Part shown: positions 13,696 to 21,018 of the stretch, piece after piece
Layout of the letters: each line of letters begins with the position of its first letter
Position numbering within the stretch: the first letter of the stretch is position 1
Assembly (NCBI RefSeq): GCF_000181515.1
Contig: NZ_ABCG01000004.1
Span: 1-24,000, forward strand
Origin: Erythrobacter sp. SD-21
GTDB lineage: Bacteria > Pseudomonadota > Alphaproteobacteria > Sphingomonadales > Sphingomonadaceae
DNA length: 24,000 nt
Direction: 5' to 3'
Program-made: the position numbers and the translations under genes
The notes under the pieces: model-generated
Databases searched by the model: none
Told to the model about the DNA's origin: nothing
The model's input: only the letters and a program-made list of their open reading frames with translations

Positions 13696-13783
13696 ATTCT
13701 TGTCCGTTCTGGACGAAATAGTTGCATACGTTGAAACCAGAGCGCTGCTCGGAAGGCGAAAATGACCCCTTCGGCTTGTTGGA

Positions 13784-14521
13784 TCACGCTCGATCGAGCT
13801 TGGCCACTTCGGCGAGCACCCGCTCGGCCCATTCGGGGCGGCAGATGAGCAGGTCGGGCATGTAGGTATCCGCTTGGTTGTAGGTGAGCGGGCTGCCGTC
13901 GATCCGGCTTGCGTGCATCCCATGGGCGAGCGCCACCGCGGCAGGGGCGGCGCTGTCCCACTCATATTGCCCCCCCGTGTGGAGATAGATTTCCGCCTCG
14001 CCGCGCACCACGGCCATGGCCTTCGCTCCGGCCGATCCCATCGGCACGAGTTCCGCGCCGATGGCTTCGGCGACGGCAACGGCTTCCTTGGCCGGACGCG
14101 TACGGCTGACGACCATGCGCGGGGCGTCTGCGGCTGCGGGCACGTCGATAGGCGCATCGGTGCGCAGGACCATGTCGAGGCCGGGCAGGGCGACCGCACC
14201 CGTTTCCGGCTTGCTGTCGACGCAAAGCGCTACGTGGACCGCCCAGTCCGAACGGGCCTCGCCATATTCGCGCGTGCCGTCGACCGGGTCGACGATCCAC
14301 ACGCGGCTCTTGGCGAGGCGTTCTGCCGTGTCCTTGCTTTCTTCCGACAGTAGGCCGTCTTCGGGGCGCTGCTGGGTGAGCGCGTGGCAGAGGAACTGGT
14401 TGGCCGTCTCGTCGCCGGCCTTGCCCAGGGATTTGCCTTCGAACATGCCGCTCTCCCGAACCTGGATCAAGATCTTGCCTGCGACTTCGGCAAGATGGGC
14501 GGCGAGTTCGGCGTCGGTCAT
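13784..14521 (-). CDS. cysQ: 3'(2'),5'-bisphosphate nucleotidase CysQ / inositol monophosphatase family protein
   Basis: 245 aa starting at MTDAELAAHL (ATG 14521). Family motifs LLSEES, VWIVDPVDGTREY and GSAGAK are present. The upstream 224 aa of the track ORF overlap gluP out of frame and are rejected. Confidence 0.8.
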   Translation of the reverse strand: MTDAELAAHLAEVAGKILIQVRESGMFEGKSLGKAGDETANQFLCHALTQQRPEDGLLSEESKDTAERLAKSRVWIVDPVDGTREYGEARSDWAVHVALCVDSKPETGAVALPGLDMVLRTDAPIDVPAAADAPRMVVSRTRPAKEAVAVAEAIGAELVPMGSAGAKAMAVVRGEAEIYLHTGGQYEWDSAAPAAVALAHGMHASRIDGSPLTYNQADTYMPDLLICRPEWAERVLAEVAKLDRA

Positions 14522-14530
14522 GGGCGTCCC

Positions 14531-14592
14531 TAAAGATACAAAAGAATTCGGGGGCCGCATGGCAGACCGAAGCCTCCTTGCGAACCCCCGAA
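14531..14592 (-). terminator. Candidate intrinsic terminator after the sugar transporter gene
   Basis: On the - strand UUCGGGGG (14592-14585) pairs with CCCCCGAA (14554-14547). The loop is long (~30 nt). It is followed by UUCUUUUGUAUCUUU. Confidence 0.4.
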
Positions 14593-14613
14593 GGTCGGTG
14601 TGAATGCGAATTC

Positions 14614-16035
14614 TTACGCGGCGGCAGGGCGCCGCGCGAAGAGTCCGAAGCCTGCGATAATCGCGTAGCAGGCGATCGGCAGGATCATCGCGAAAGCGAG
14701 GCTGCCGCTGGCATCCGCGAGGACGCCGTAGAGGAGCGGAACCACCGCGCCGCCGAAGATGGCGACGTTGATGATGCCCGACCCGTCGGCTGCCCGCGGA
14801 CCGAGCCTCTCGCAGGCGAGCGAGAAGATGGTCGGGAACATGATCGAGTTCATCAGGCCGACGGCGAGCAGGCTGTAGGCCGAGAGTTCGCCGGTCGTCA
14901 TGATGCTGATCAGGATCAGGATGATCGAGCCCGTCGCGTTGAAGGCGAGGATCTTGCCAGGCGAGAAGACGCGCAGGAAATAGGAGCCGATGAAACGGCC
15001 AACCATGGCGCCGCCCCAATAAAGGCCGATCATCCAGCCGATCACGCTCTCCGGTTCGCCAAGGACACGGTCCTGCGCGAGGTAGTTGATGATGATCGAT
15101 CCGATCGAGACCTCGGCACCCACGTAGAGGAAGATGCAGAGCGCGCCGAAGCTGAAACGGCTGCGGCGCAGCAGATCGTTGTCGTACAGCCATGTGAGCG
15201 GGGCTGCGATGATCAGCAGCACGCCGAGCCAGGCGTTGACGTTGATCGCCAGCAGCGCACCGACGACGATGATCGCGAGGCCGACGAGGTAACGGCCATT
15301 CGACACGAACTCGTTTTCGCCCATCATCTTCGGATCATGCGGCAGGCGATTGCGAAACAGCCATACGGCGAGGGCGACGATGGCGATCAGCGCGGCAACG
15401 CCGAGATAGCCCTGCCAGATGGCTTCGCTTTCGGCTTGCCTGTAGGCGGTAAGCTCGGCTCCGGAGAGTTGGTCTGCGGTAACATTGGCCAGGCTGCCCA
15501 GGATGACCGCGGCGCCCACGATCGGGAAGACGGTGGTACCGAGCGAGTTGAACGCCTGCGCAAAGGTAAGACGGCTGTGCGCCGTTTTTTGCGGGCCAAG
15601 CAGGGAGATGAGCGGGTTTGCCACCACCTGTACGATCACCACGCCGCTGGCGAGAATGAACAGGGCGAAGAGGAAGATCTCGTAGGTTGCCGTCTGGCTC
15701 GCCGGGATGAACAGAAGGCAGCCGACCATCATGGTCAGCAGTCCGGCAACCGCGCCGCGCATGTAACCGAGCTTCTTGACCAGCTTCGCCCCCGGAATAC
15801 CGATCACGAGATAGGCGAAGAAGAAGCAGAATTGCACCAGCATCGCTTCGGTGTAGCTGAGCGTGAAGAGTTCCTTCAGCTTCGGGATGATCACATCGTT
15901 GAGCGAGGTGATGCCGCCGAAGATGAAGAACAGGCCGAAGACGAAGTAGTTGAGGCCTGGGGCGTGAATGCCGCCGCCCTCTTTCTCGATCGGGTTCGGA
16001 TCCGTGCTCGACGAAACGTCGGGTGCGAGTGCCAT
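14614..16035 (-). CDS. gluP: Glucose/galactose (FucP/GluP-type) MFS sugar:H+ symporter
   Basis: Start at MALAPDV (ATG 16035), preceded by GGGAGGA. FFIFGGITSLNDVIIPKLKELFTLSYTEAMLVQFCFFFAYL is the hallmark N-terminal region of the FucP/GluP family. About 12 hydrophobic segments. Confidence 0.85.
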   Translation of the reverse strand: MALAPDVSSSTDPNPIEKEGGGIHAPGLNYFVFGLFFIFGGITSLNDVIIPKLKELFTLSYTEAMLVQFCFFFAYLVIGIPGAKLVKKLGYMRGAVAGLLTMMVGCLLFIPASQTATYEIFLFALFILASGVVIVQVVANPLISLLGPQKTAHSRLTFAQAFNSLGTTVFPIVGAAVILGSLANVTADQLSGAELTAYRQAESEAIWQGYLGVAALIAIVALAVWLFRNRLPHDPKMMGENEFVSNGRYLVGLAIIVVGALLAINVNAWLGVLLIIAAPLTWLYDNDLLRRSRFSFGALCIFLYVGAEVSIGSIIINYLAQDRVLGEPESVIGWMIGLYWGGAMVGRFIGSYFLRVFSPGKILAFNATGSIILILISIMTTGELSAYSLLAVGLMNSIMFPTIFSLACERLGPRAADGSGIINVAIFGGAVVPLLYGVLADASGSLAFAMILPIACYAIIAGFGLFARRPAAA

Positions 16036-16091
16036 TTCAGTTGTCCTCCCAAGTCCCGGTGCGACCCAACGTAGCCCGGGTTTTGTTGCTG

Positions 16092-16128
16092 CGCTTTGTG
16101 TGCCAGCCTTCTGCCGTCCCACAAAGCG
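16092..16128 (-). other. Hairpin in the GH3-gluP intergenic spacer
   Basis: CGCTTTGTG(16092-16100) and CACAAAGCG(16120-16128) form a 9-bp perfect stem with a 19-nt loop. Confidence 0.3.
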
Positions 16129-16142
16129 AATACGATTGCTGC

Positions 16143-18518
16143 TCAGAAAGAGCAGGCGGTGCCTTGCGCGAATTCCTCGCGTACCACCGCGCCGATGTTG
16201 ATCTTGAACGGCCCTTGCGACGTGATCGTCAGAGAGGGGCCGAGGTCCGCCATGCAGGCGTCGGTCAGGACCATCTCGCGATAGCCTTTGCCTTCTGCGA
16301 CCGAGAGCTGTTGCGTGACGTCCAGCGGTTCGCTTGCGCCGACCTTCACATAAACGGCTGCGGACGGACGCGTCTGGACCTCGTAGGTGACGCGGTAGCC
16401 ATAGCCAGTGTCGCCGCCCGCCTGCACCAGCTCGAGGACTGCGCCTGGGCCGAAGCTGATCGCGCGCGCGTCTTCCTGCGCGTTGCGGTCGAGGCCGGTT
16501 GCAAAGATGCCGCCGGCTTCACCGCGCAGATTGTCGAGCTTGCCGGTCGCCGTGTTGGCGAGCACGCCATCGGCAAGGCGCCCGCTGACATACCAGTCCT
16601 TGGCCGCACCCTGCACCAACGGGGCGCAGTTCTCGTCGAGCACCGGCGTCGGCGAGGTGTCGGTGAGCGAACGGCCGTAGCCGACTGGGAAAAGCGCGCC
16701 ATCGGGGCCGTTCAGGGGACCGAAATCGCAGGTCGCGGGCCAGCTGAAGCCCAGCTTGCCGGTGGCCGGTAGCGCGCCGGTCAGCACGTCGGCAATGCCG
16801 GAACCTTCGCCGCCGGGCAACCAGGACGCCACGAAGGCATCGGCGGCGTTCATCTCGCGGTTCATCCACATGGGACGGCCCGAAAGGAAGACGGCCACGG
16901 TGGGCACGCCTCCGGCCTTGAACTTGCGCAGCAGGTCCAGACCTTCCTCGTCGGTGAAGCCGAGGTGCTTACGGTCGCCTGCGAATTCCGCATAGGGCTC
17001 CTCGCCGAAGACGACGATCGCCACATCGGGCTTGGCTTCATAGCTGCCATCGGCCGAAAGCGTGGCGCTGCCGCCGCTCGCTTCGACAGCGGTTTCCAGG
17101 CCGCTCCAGATCGAGGTCGCGCCGGGGAAATAGCTGTTGTCGAGATCGCTCCCGCCCTGCCAGGTCAGCGTCCAGCCGCCTGCGGCCTGCGCGATGTCGT
17201 CGGCAGCCGTGCCGGCGACGAGGACGTTGGCGCCTTCCTTCAGCGGCAGGACACCGTTGTTCTTGAGGATGACCTGCGACTTCGCCACCGCTTCCCGCGC
17301 GATGGCGCGATGTTCTGGCGAACCGATCAGCTCGTACTGGCCCGCGTTGGGGCGGTCCGAGGGTTTCACGAAACCGTCGAGCAGGCCCGCGCGCAGCTTC
17401 ATGCGCAGGACGCGGCCGACCGCTTCGTCGAGCCGGGCCATGGGGATGGTGCCGTCCTCGACCTGCGCGACGAGGTTCTCCATCAGGCCCTTCCAGTCGT
17501 CCGGCACCATGTAGATGTCGAGCCCGGCCAGCAGCGACTGGGGGCAATCGGTGTTGGTGCAGCCGGCGACCTGTCCGTGGCCGTTCCAGTCGCCCACGAC
17601 CAGCCCGTCGAATCCGAGTTCGCCGCGCAGGACGTCGGTCAGCAGGGCCTCGTTGCCGTGCATCTTGCGGCCGTTGATCGAGTTGAAGCTGGCCATGATC
17701 GTCTCGACACCCGCCGCGATGGTGGCGGGATAGGGCGCGGCGTGGATCTTCTTCAGCGCTTCGATATCGCCGTTCACATCGCCCTGGTCGACACCCTGCT
17801 CGGTGCCGCCGTCGCCGAAGAAGTGCTTGGCGGTGGCGATGACATGCCCTGCGCCGAGACGGTCGGGATCGCCCTTGCGGCCCTGCAGGCCTTCGACCAG
17901 CGCCGCGCCCAGCGGGGCGACGATGGCGGGATCTTCGGAATAGCTTTCGTACGTGCGGCCCCAGCGATCGTCACGCGCCACGGCGACGGTGGGGGAGAAG
18001 TTCCAGTCGATCCCCGTCACTTCGATCTCGGCCGCGGTCGCCTCGCCGATGCGGCGCAGCAGGTCGGCGTCGCGCGTCGCGCCGAGGCCGATGTTGTGCG
18101 GGAAGATCGTCGCCTGGACGACATTGGTGTGGCCATGAACCGCGTCCGTGCCCCAGATGGTGGGGATGACCGGCTCGCCGTTCGGCATGGGCGCGACCGA
18201 GGCGAGATACATCTCGTCGGCATAACGCAGCCACTCGCTGGCCGGGGCGTATTCATCGCCATAGGGGCCGCCGTTGCCGCCGTTGAGGTAGCTGCCGAAG
18301 CGATAACGCTCCATGTCCTCGGGCGTGAAGCTGTTGATCTGGGGCTGGACGAGCTGGGCGACCTTGCGCTCCAGGCTCATGCGGGAAAGGATGTCCGCAA
18401 CGCGGGCGTCCTCGGCCGACACCGGCGCGCTCGCCACTGCGGTCTCGGCCCCTGCCGGCAGGGTGCTGCAACCGCCAAGGGCCACTGCAGCGGCGGTGGC
18501 CATCCAAAAGGCTTTCAT
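16143..18518 (-). CDS. Glycoside hydrolase family 3 beta-glucosidase / exo-beta-glucanase (lipoprotein)
   Basis: GH3 motifs WGTDAVHGH, KHFFGDGGT and LVVGDWNGH (nucleophile Asp region), with a long C-terminal extension. N-terminus MKAFWMATAAAVALGGC|S has a lipobox. ATG 18518 lies 9 nt after GGAGGG; the alternative is ATG 18527. Confidence 0.88.
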   Translation of the reverse strand: MKAFWMATAAAVALGGCSTLPAGAETAVASAPVSAEDARVADILSRMSLERKVAQLVQPQINSFTPEDMERYRFGSYLNGGNGGPYGDEYAPASEWLRYADEMYLASVAPMPNGEPVIPTIWGTDAVHGHTNVVQATIFPHNIGLGATRDADLLRRIGEATAAEIEVTGIDWNFSPTVAVARDDRWGRTYESYSEDPAIVAPLGAALVEGLQGRKGDPDRLGAGHVIATAKHFFGDGGTEQGVDQGDVNGDIEALKKIHAAPYPATIAAGVETIMASFNSINGRKMHGNEALLTDVLRGELGFDGLVVGDWNGHGQVAGCTNTDCPQSLLAGLDIYMVPDDWKGLMENLVAQVEDGTIPMARLDEAVGRVLRMKLRAGLLDGFVKPSDRPNAGQYELIGSPEHRAIAREAVAKSQVILKNNGVLPLKEGANVLVAGTAADDIAQAAGGWTLTWQGGSDLDNSYFPGATSIWSGLETAVEASGGSATLSADGSYEAKPDVAIVVFGEEPYAEFAGDRKHLGFTDEEGLDLLRKFKAGGVPTVAVFLSGRPMWMNREMNAADAFVASWLPGGEGSGIADVLTGALPATGKLGFSWPATCDFGPLNGPDGALFPVGYGRSLTDTSPTPVLDENCAPLVQGAAKDWYVSGRLADGVLANTATGKLDNLRGEAGGIFATGLDRNAQEDARAISFGPGAVLELVQAGGDTGYGYRVTYEVQTRPSAAVYVKVGASEPLDVTQQLSVAEGKGYREMVLTDACMADLGPSLTITSQGPFKINIGAVVREEFAQGTACSF

Positions 18519-18548
18519 ATTCCTCATCCCTCCGCGTTCTCTCCCAAT

Positions 18549-18562
18549 TGAGAACGTTATCA
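18549..18562. promoter_or_regulatory. LacI-family operator upstream of the GH3 gene
   Basis: TGAGAACGTTATCA has 12 of 14 positions symmetric around a central CG, fitting the classic TGnnAACGTTnnCA architecture. It lies ~31 nt upstream of the GH3 start, with a LacI-family regulator two genes upstream. Confidence 0.55.
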
Positions 18563-18602
18563 AAGGCGAGAAATGCCATGCGTTAAGGGCAAAATCAAGC
18601 CG

Positions 18603-19808
18603 CTAGTTGGATGGGGTGGGGGACCTCGGCATGGTTAGCAACAGGATGGTCGCAAGCGTCGCCAGGCAGGCTAGCAGGAAGAACAGGCCGGAGAAGCCGA
18701 ACAGCGGCACGAGCGCCAGGGTCAGCCAGGGCATAATGAGGCTGGGTACGGTATTGGTGAGGTTGAAAAGCCCGAGATCGCGTCCACGGGTAGCAGGCTT
18801 GGGCAGAACGCGCAGGGTCTGGCTCGAATGGAGCGCGAGGAAAACGCTCGTCGAGAGGCCGAAAACGAGATACCCCGCAATGGCGCCCTCGATACCCTGC
18901 GCCAGCGCCATGGCGACCAGACCCAACGCGCCGACGCCCGCGCCCCATGCCAGCGGCATGATCGGACGGTCGCGGCGGTCGGACCAGCGCCCGGCCAAGA
19001 GGGCCAGCGGGACCGACAGGCCGAGAACCAGCGCGAAGATTCGCGCGGTGTCGCTGTCGGTGAAGCTGCCGTCGATGCCGGTCAGCCAGATGAGGAGATA
19101 GGCGAAGAGCGCTGCCTCGGCGATCTGGACCAGCAGGCGTGCCAGCCACATGCGCGCAACTGCACCCCGCGGGAAACGCGGAGGGGCGTTTTCGGCCGGC
19201 GTAAGCGACGCTGTAAGGTCCGGCATGGGGACGGGCCTGCCGAAGAGGATGACCGGCAGCACCATGACGGCGACCAGCGCGGCGACGAGGGCGAGCCGCT
19301 CGTCGGGTCCTGCGAGGCCGGGCAGGGTGACCAGCGCGCCCGATGCAGCACCGAGCGCGGGGGCGAAGGAGAGTAGGCCACCCAGCAGACCCTTCTGCCG
19401 GTCGGGAACGACATCGCCCGCCCAAGCTGCAAGCGGGGCGAGCATCATGTTGAGAGCGACTTGCCACACCACCACCAGGCCGATCAGTTCGGTCGGGCTA
19501 TCAGTCGCCCGAATGCTGACGAGCAGCAGGCAGGAGAGGACAAGGCCCGCCACGATCCACGGTCGCCGCGTGCCGGTGGCATCGCTCAGCCAGCCGAAAC
19601 CGATATTGGCGAGGCTGGCCGTGATCGCTCCGGCAAAAGCAATATAGGCGAGCAGGTCGATATTGGCGTCGCCGACCATCTCGGTCGCCCGGACAGGCAG
19701 CAAGAGGGTAAGGAAGGGAACGTAGGATACGGCCCCGCCGGCAGCGGCCAGCGCGTAGAGCCACAGGAAACGCAGCGTCTGTCGCTGCTCGGGCGCGGTC
19801 TCAGCCAC
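18603..19808 (-). CDS. MFS transporter (probable sugar/oligosaccharide permease)
   Basis: 401 aa, about 12 hydrophobic segments, typical MFS loop GWLSDATGTRRP and later GRWSDRRDRP. The GTG start overlaps the lacI-family stop by 8 nt. Confidence 0.75.
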   Translation of the reverse strand: MAETAPEQRQTLRFLWLYALAAAGGAVSYVPFLTLLLPVRATEMVGDANIDLLAYIAFAGAITASLANIGFGWLSDATGTRRPWIVAGLVLSCLLLVSIRATDSPTELIGLVVVWQVALNMMLAPLAAWAGDVVPDRQKGLLGGLLSFAPALGAASGALVTLPGLAGPDERLALVAALVAVMVLPVILFGRPVPMPDLTASLTPAENAPPRFPRGAVARMWLARLLVQIAEAALFAYLLIWLTGIDGSFTDSDTARIFALVLGLSVPLALLAGRWSDRRDRPIMPLAWGAGVGALGLVAMALAQGIEGAIAGYLVFGLSTSVFLALHSSQTLRVLPKPATRGRDLGLFNLTNTVPSLIMPWLTLALVPLFGFSGLFFLLACLATLATILLLTMPRSPTPSN

Positions 19809-20856
19809 GAGTTTCGGGGCGGGCGGTGGAGCCGCGCACGACGAGTTCGCCGACGACCGAGACGGGCTCCGTCGGGAGCGCCTTCTTGCGGGCCGCGATG
19901 AGCAGTTCCACGGCGCGCGATATGGTGGCGGAAATCGGCTGGTCGACTGCGGTCAGCGCAGGCTGGGTGAAGCGGACGATCGGCGAATTATCGAAACTTA
20001 CCAGCGAAAGGTCCCGGGGCACGTCGAGGCCCCGCGTGCGGGCCACTTCGAGCGTGGCGAGCGCCATCTGGTCGCTACTGGCGATGATCGCGGTCGGCGG
20101 CTCAGCGGCATGGAGCAGTTTGTTGGCCGCCGCCATGCCGCTTTCGAAACCGAAATCTCCGCGTTCGCATAGCCCGTCTGTCACGAAGCCCGCATCGGCC
20201 ATCGTTTGCCGCCATCCCTCGATACGCCAGTCGGCAAGGCTGAATTCCTGTGGCCCGGCGATGAAGCCGATGCGTTCGTGCCCCAGTTCGATCAGGTGAT
20301 CGGTGGCGAGGCGCGCGTTATGCGTGTCGCCCATGGTCATCGGCACGCCGGGACCTTCCTGCTTCGAACCGATCCGTGCAAAGGGTATGCCGCGCTCGGC
20401 AAGCAGTCCGGTGATGAGCGGATTCTCCGAATGCGGCGGGGTGAGGATGACGCCGTCGGGCTGGAGGGCCGCCAACGCGGCCCCCAGTTCGCGCTCGACA
20501 TGGTCGTTATGCGTGTCGACGAGTTCGATCATCATCCGATAGCCGTGCTCGGCGCAGGTCAGCATGCCGCCCAGCAGCATCTGGTCGACCCAGTCGCGCC
20601 CTTCGCGCGCGCGCCAGTCGGCGATCGTCAGGTCACGGTCGTTGATGGCGAGGATGAGATAGGAACGCGAGCCGCTCATCCGCTGCGCAGCGATCGAGGG
20701 CACGTATCCAAGCTTGTCGATGCTCGCCTGCACCCGCTCCTTCATCGCGGGGCGGACATTGGGCTCGTTGTTGATGACGCGGCTCACCGTCTGCAGGGAA
20801 ACCCCCGCATCCGCTGCCACATGCTTGATCGTTACCGATTGGCGCCGCCGAGCCAT
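19801..20856 (-). CDS. LacI-family transcriptional regulator
   Basis: Start at MARRRQSVTIKHVAADAGVSLQTVSRVINNEPNVRPAMKERVQASIDKLGYVPS, the canonical LacI/GalR HTH. A periplasmic-binding-protein-like sugar-binding core follows. The track start at 20982 is rejected. Confidence 0.9.
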   Translation of the reverse strand: MARRRQSVTIKHVAADAGVSLQTVSRVINNEPNVRPAMKERVQASIDKLGYVPSIAAQRMSGSRSYLILAINDRDLTIADWRAREGRDWVDQMLLGGMLTCAEHGYRMMIELVDTHNDHVERELGAALAALQPDGVILTPPHSENPLITGLLAERGIPFARIGSKQEGPGVPMTMGDTHNARLATDHLIELGHERIGFIAGPQEFSLADWRIEGWRQTMADAGFVTDGLCERGDFGFESGMAAANKLLHAAEPPTAIIASSDQMALATLEVARTRGLDVPRDLSLVSFDNSPIVRFTQPALTAVDQPISATISRAVELLIAARKKALPTEPVSVVGELVVRGSTARPETRG

Positions 20857-20963
20857 GTCAATGGGCCCCCCGAAATTTCGTTTGCCGACTTCGTAAAGTC
20901 TAATGAAGCGAGTCGAATCCCGCCATTCGAAAGCCCCACAAATCTGGGCATACCATACGGATA

Positions 20964-21000
20964 CGGGCCCCGGTCGCTTCAACCGAGGCCCGCCTTTTTA
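20964..21000 (+). terminator. Terminator-like hairpin between the TonB-dependent receptor and the lacI-family gene, with its T-run on the + strand
   Basis: CGGGCC(20964-20969) pairs with GGCCCG(20987-20992), followed by CCTTTTTA on the + strand. On the - strand it is preceded by AAAAA and followed by UAUCCGUAUGG. Confidence 0.35.
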
Positions 21001-21018
21001 ACCGGTCATCCGGCCCAC

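Noticed and set aside
13440-13783. Searched the csgF upstream region for a small csgE-like ORF, a csgD-like regulator or a c-di-GMP (GEMM) riboswitch.
   Set aside because: The only ORFs are a 67-aa + ORF without an RBS and out-of-frame extensions of cysQ. The leader lacks the conserved GEMM-I elements (paired GCAAA / ACGCAAAGC motifs). Only the palindromes and C-tracts reported above stand out.
13784-15193. 469-aa track ORF suggesting a much longer cysQ-like protein that overlaps gluP.
   Set aside because: The N-terminal 224 aa are Arg/Pro/Asp-rich and lie out of frame over the 3' part of gluP. The IMPase/CysQ homology begins at MTDAELAAHL (ATG 14521), which gives a normal 245-aa protein.
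18595-19467. 290-aa - strand ORF (Arg/Pro/Ala/Gly-rich) in an alternative frame of the MFS transporter. Similar alternative-frame ORFs occur at 13612-14199, 17038-17547 and 22353-22853.
   Set aside because: These are alternative-frame artefacts of GC-rich coding sequence. They have no independent start signals, and the composition is typical of out-of-frame GC-rich translation.
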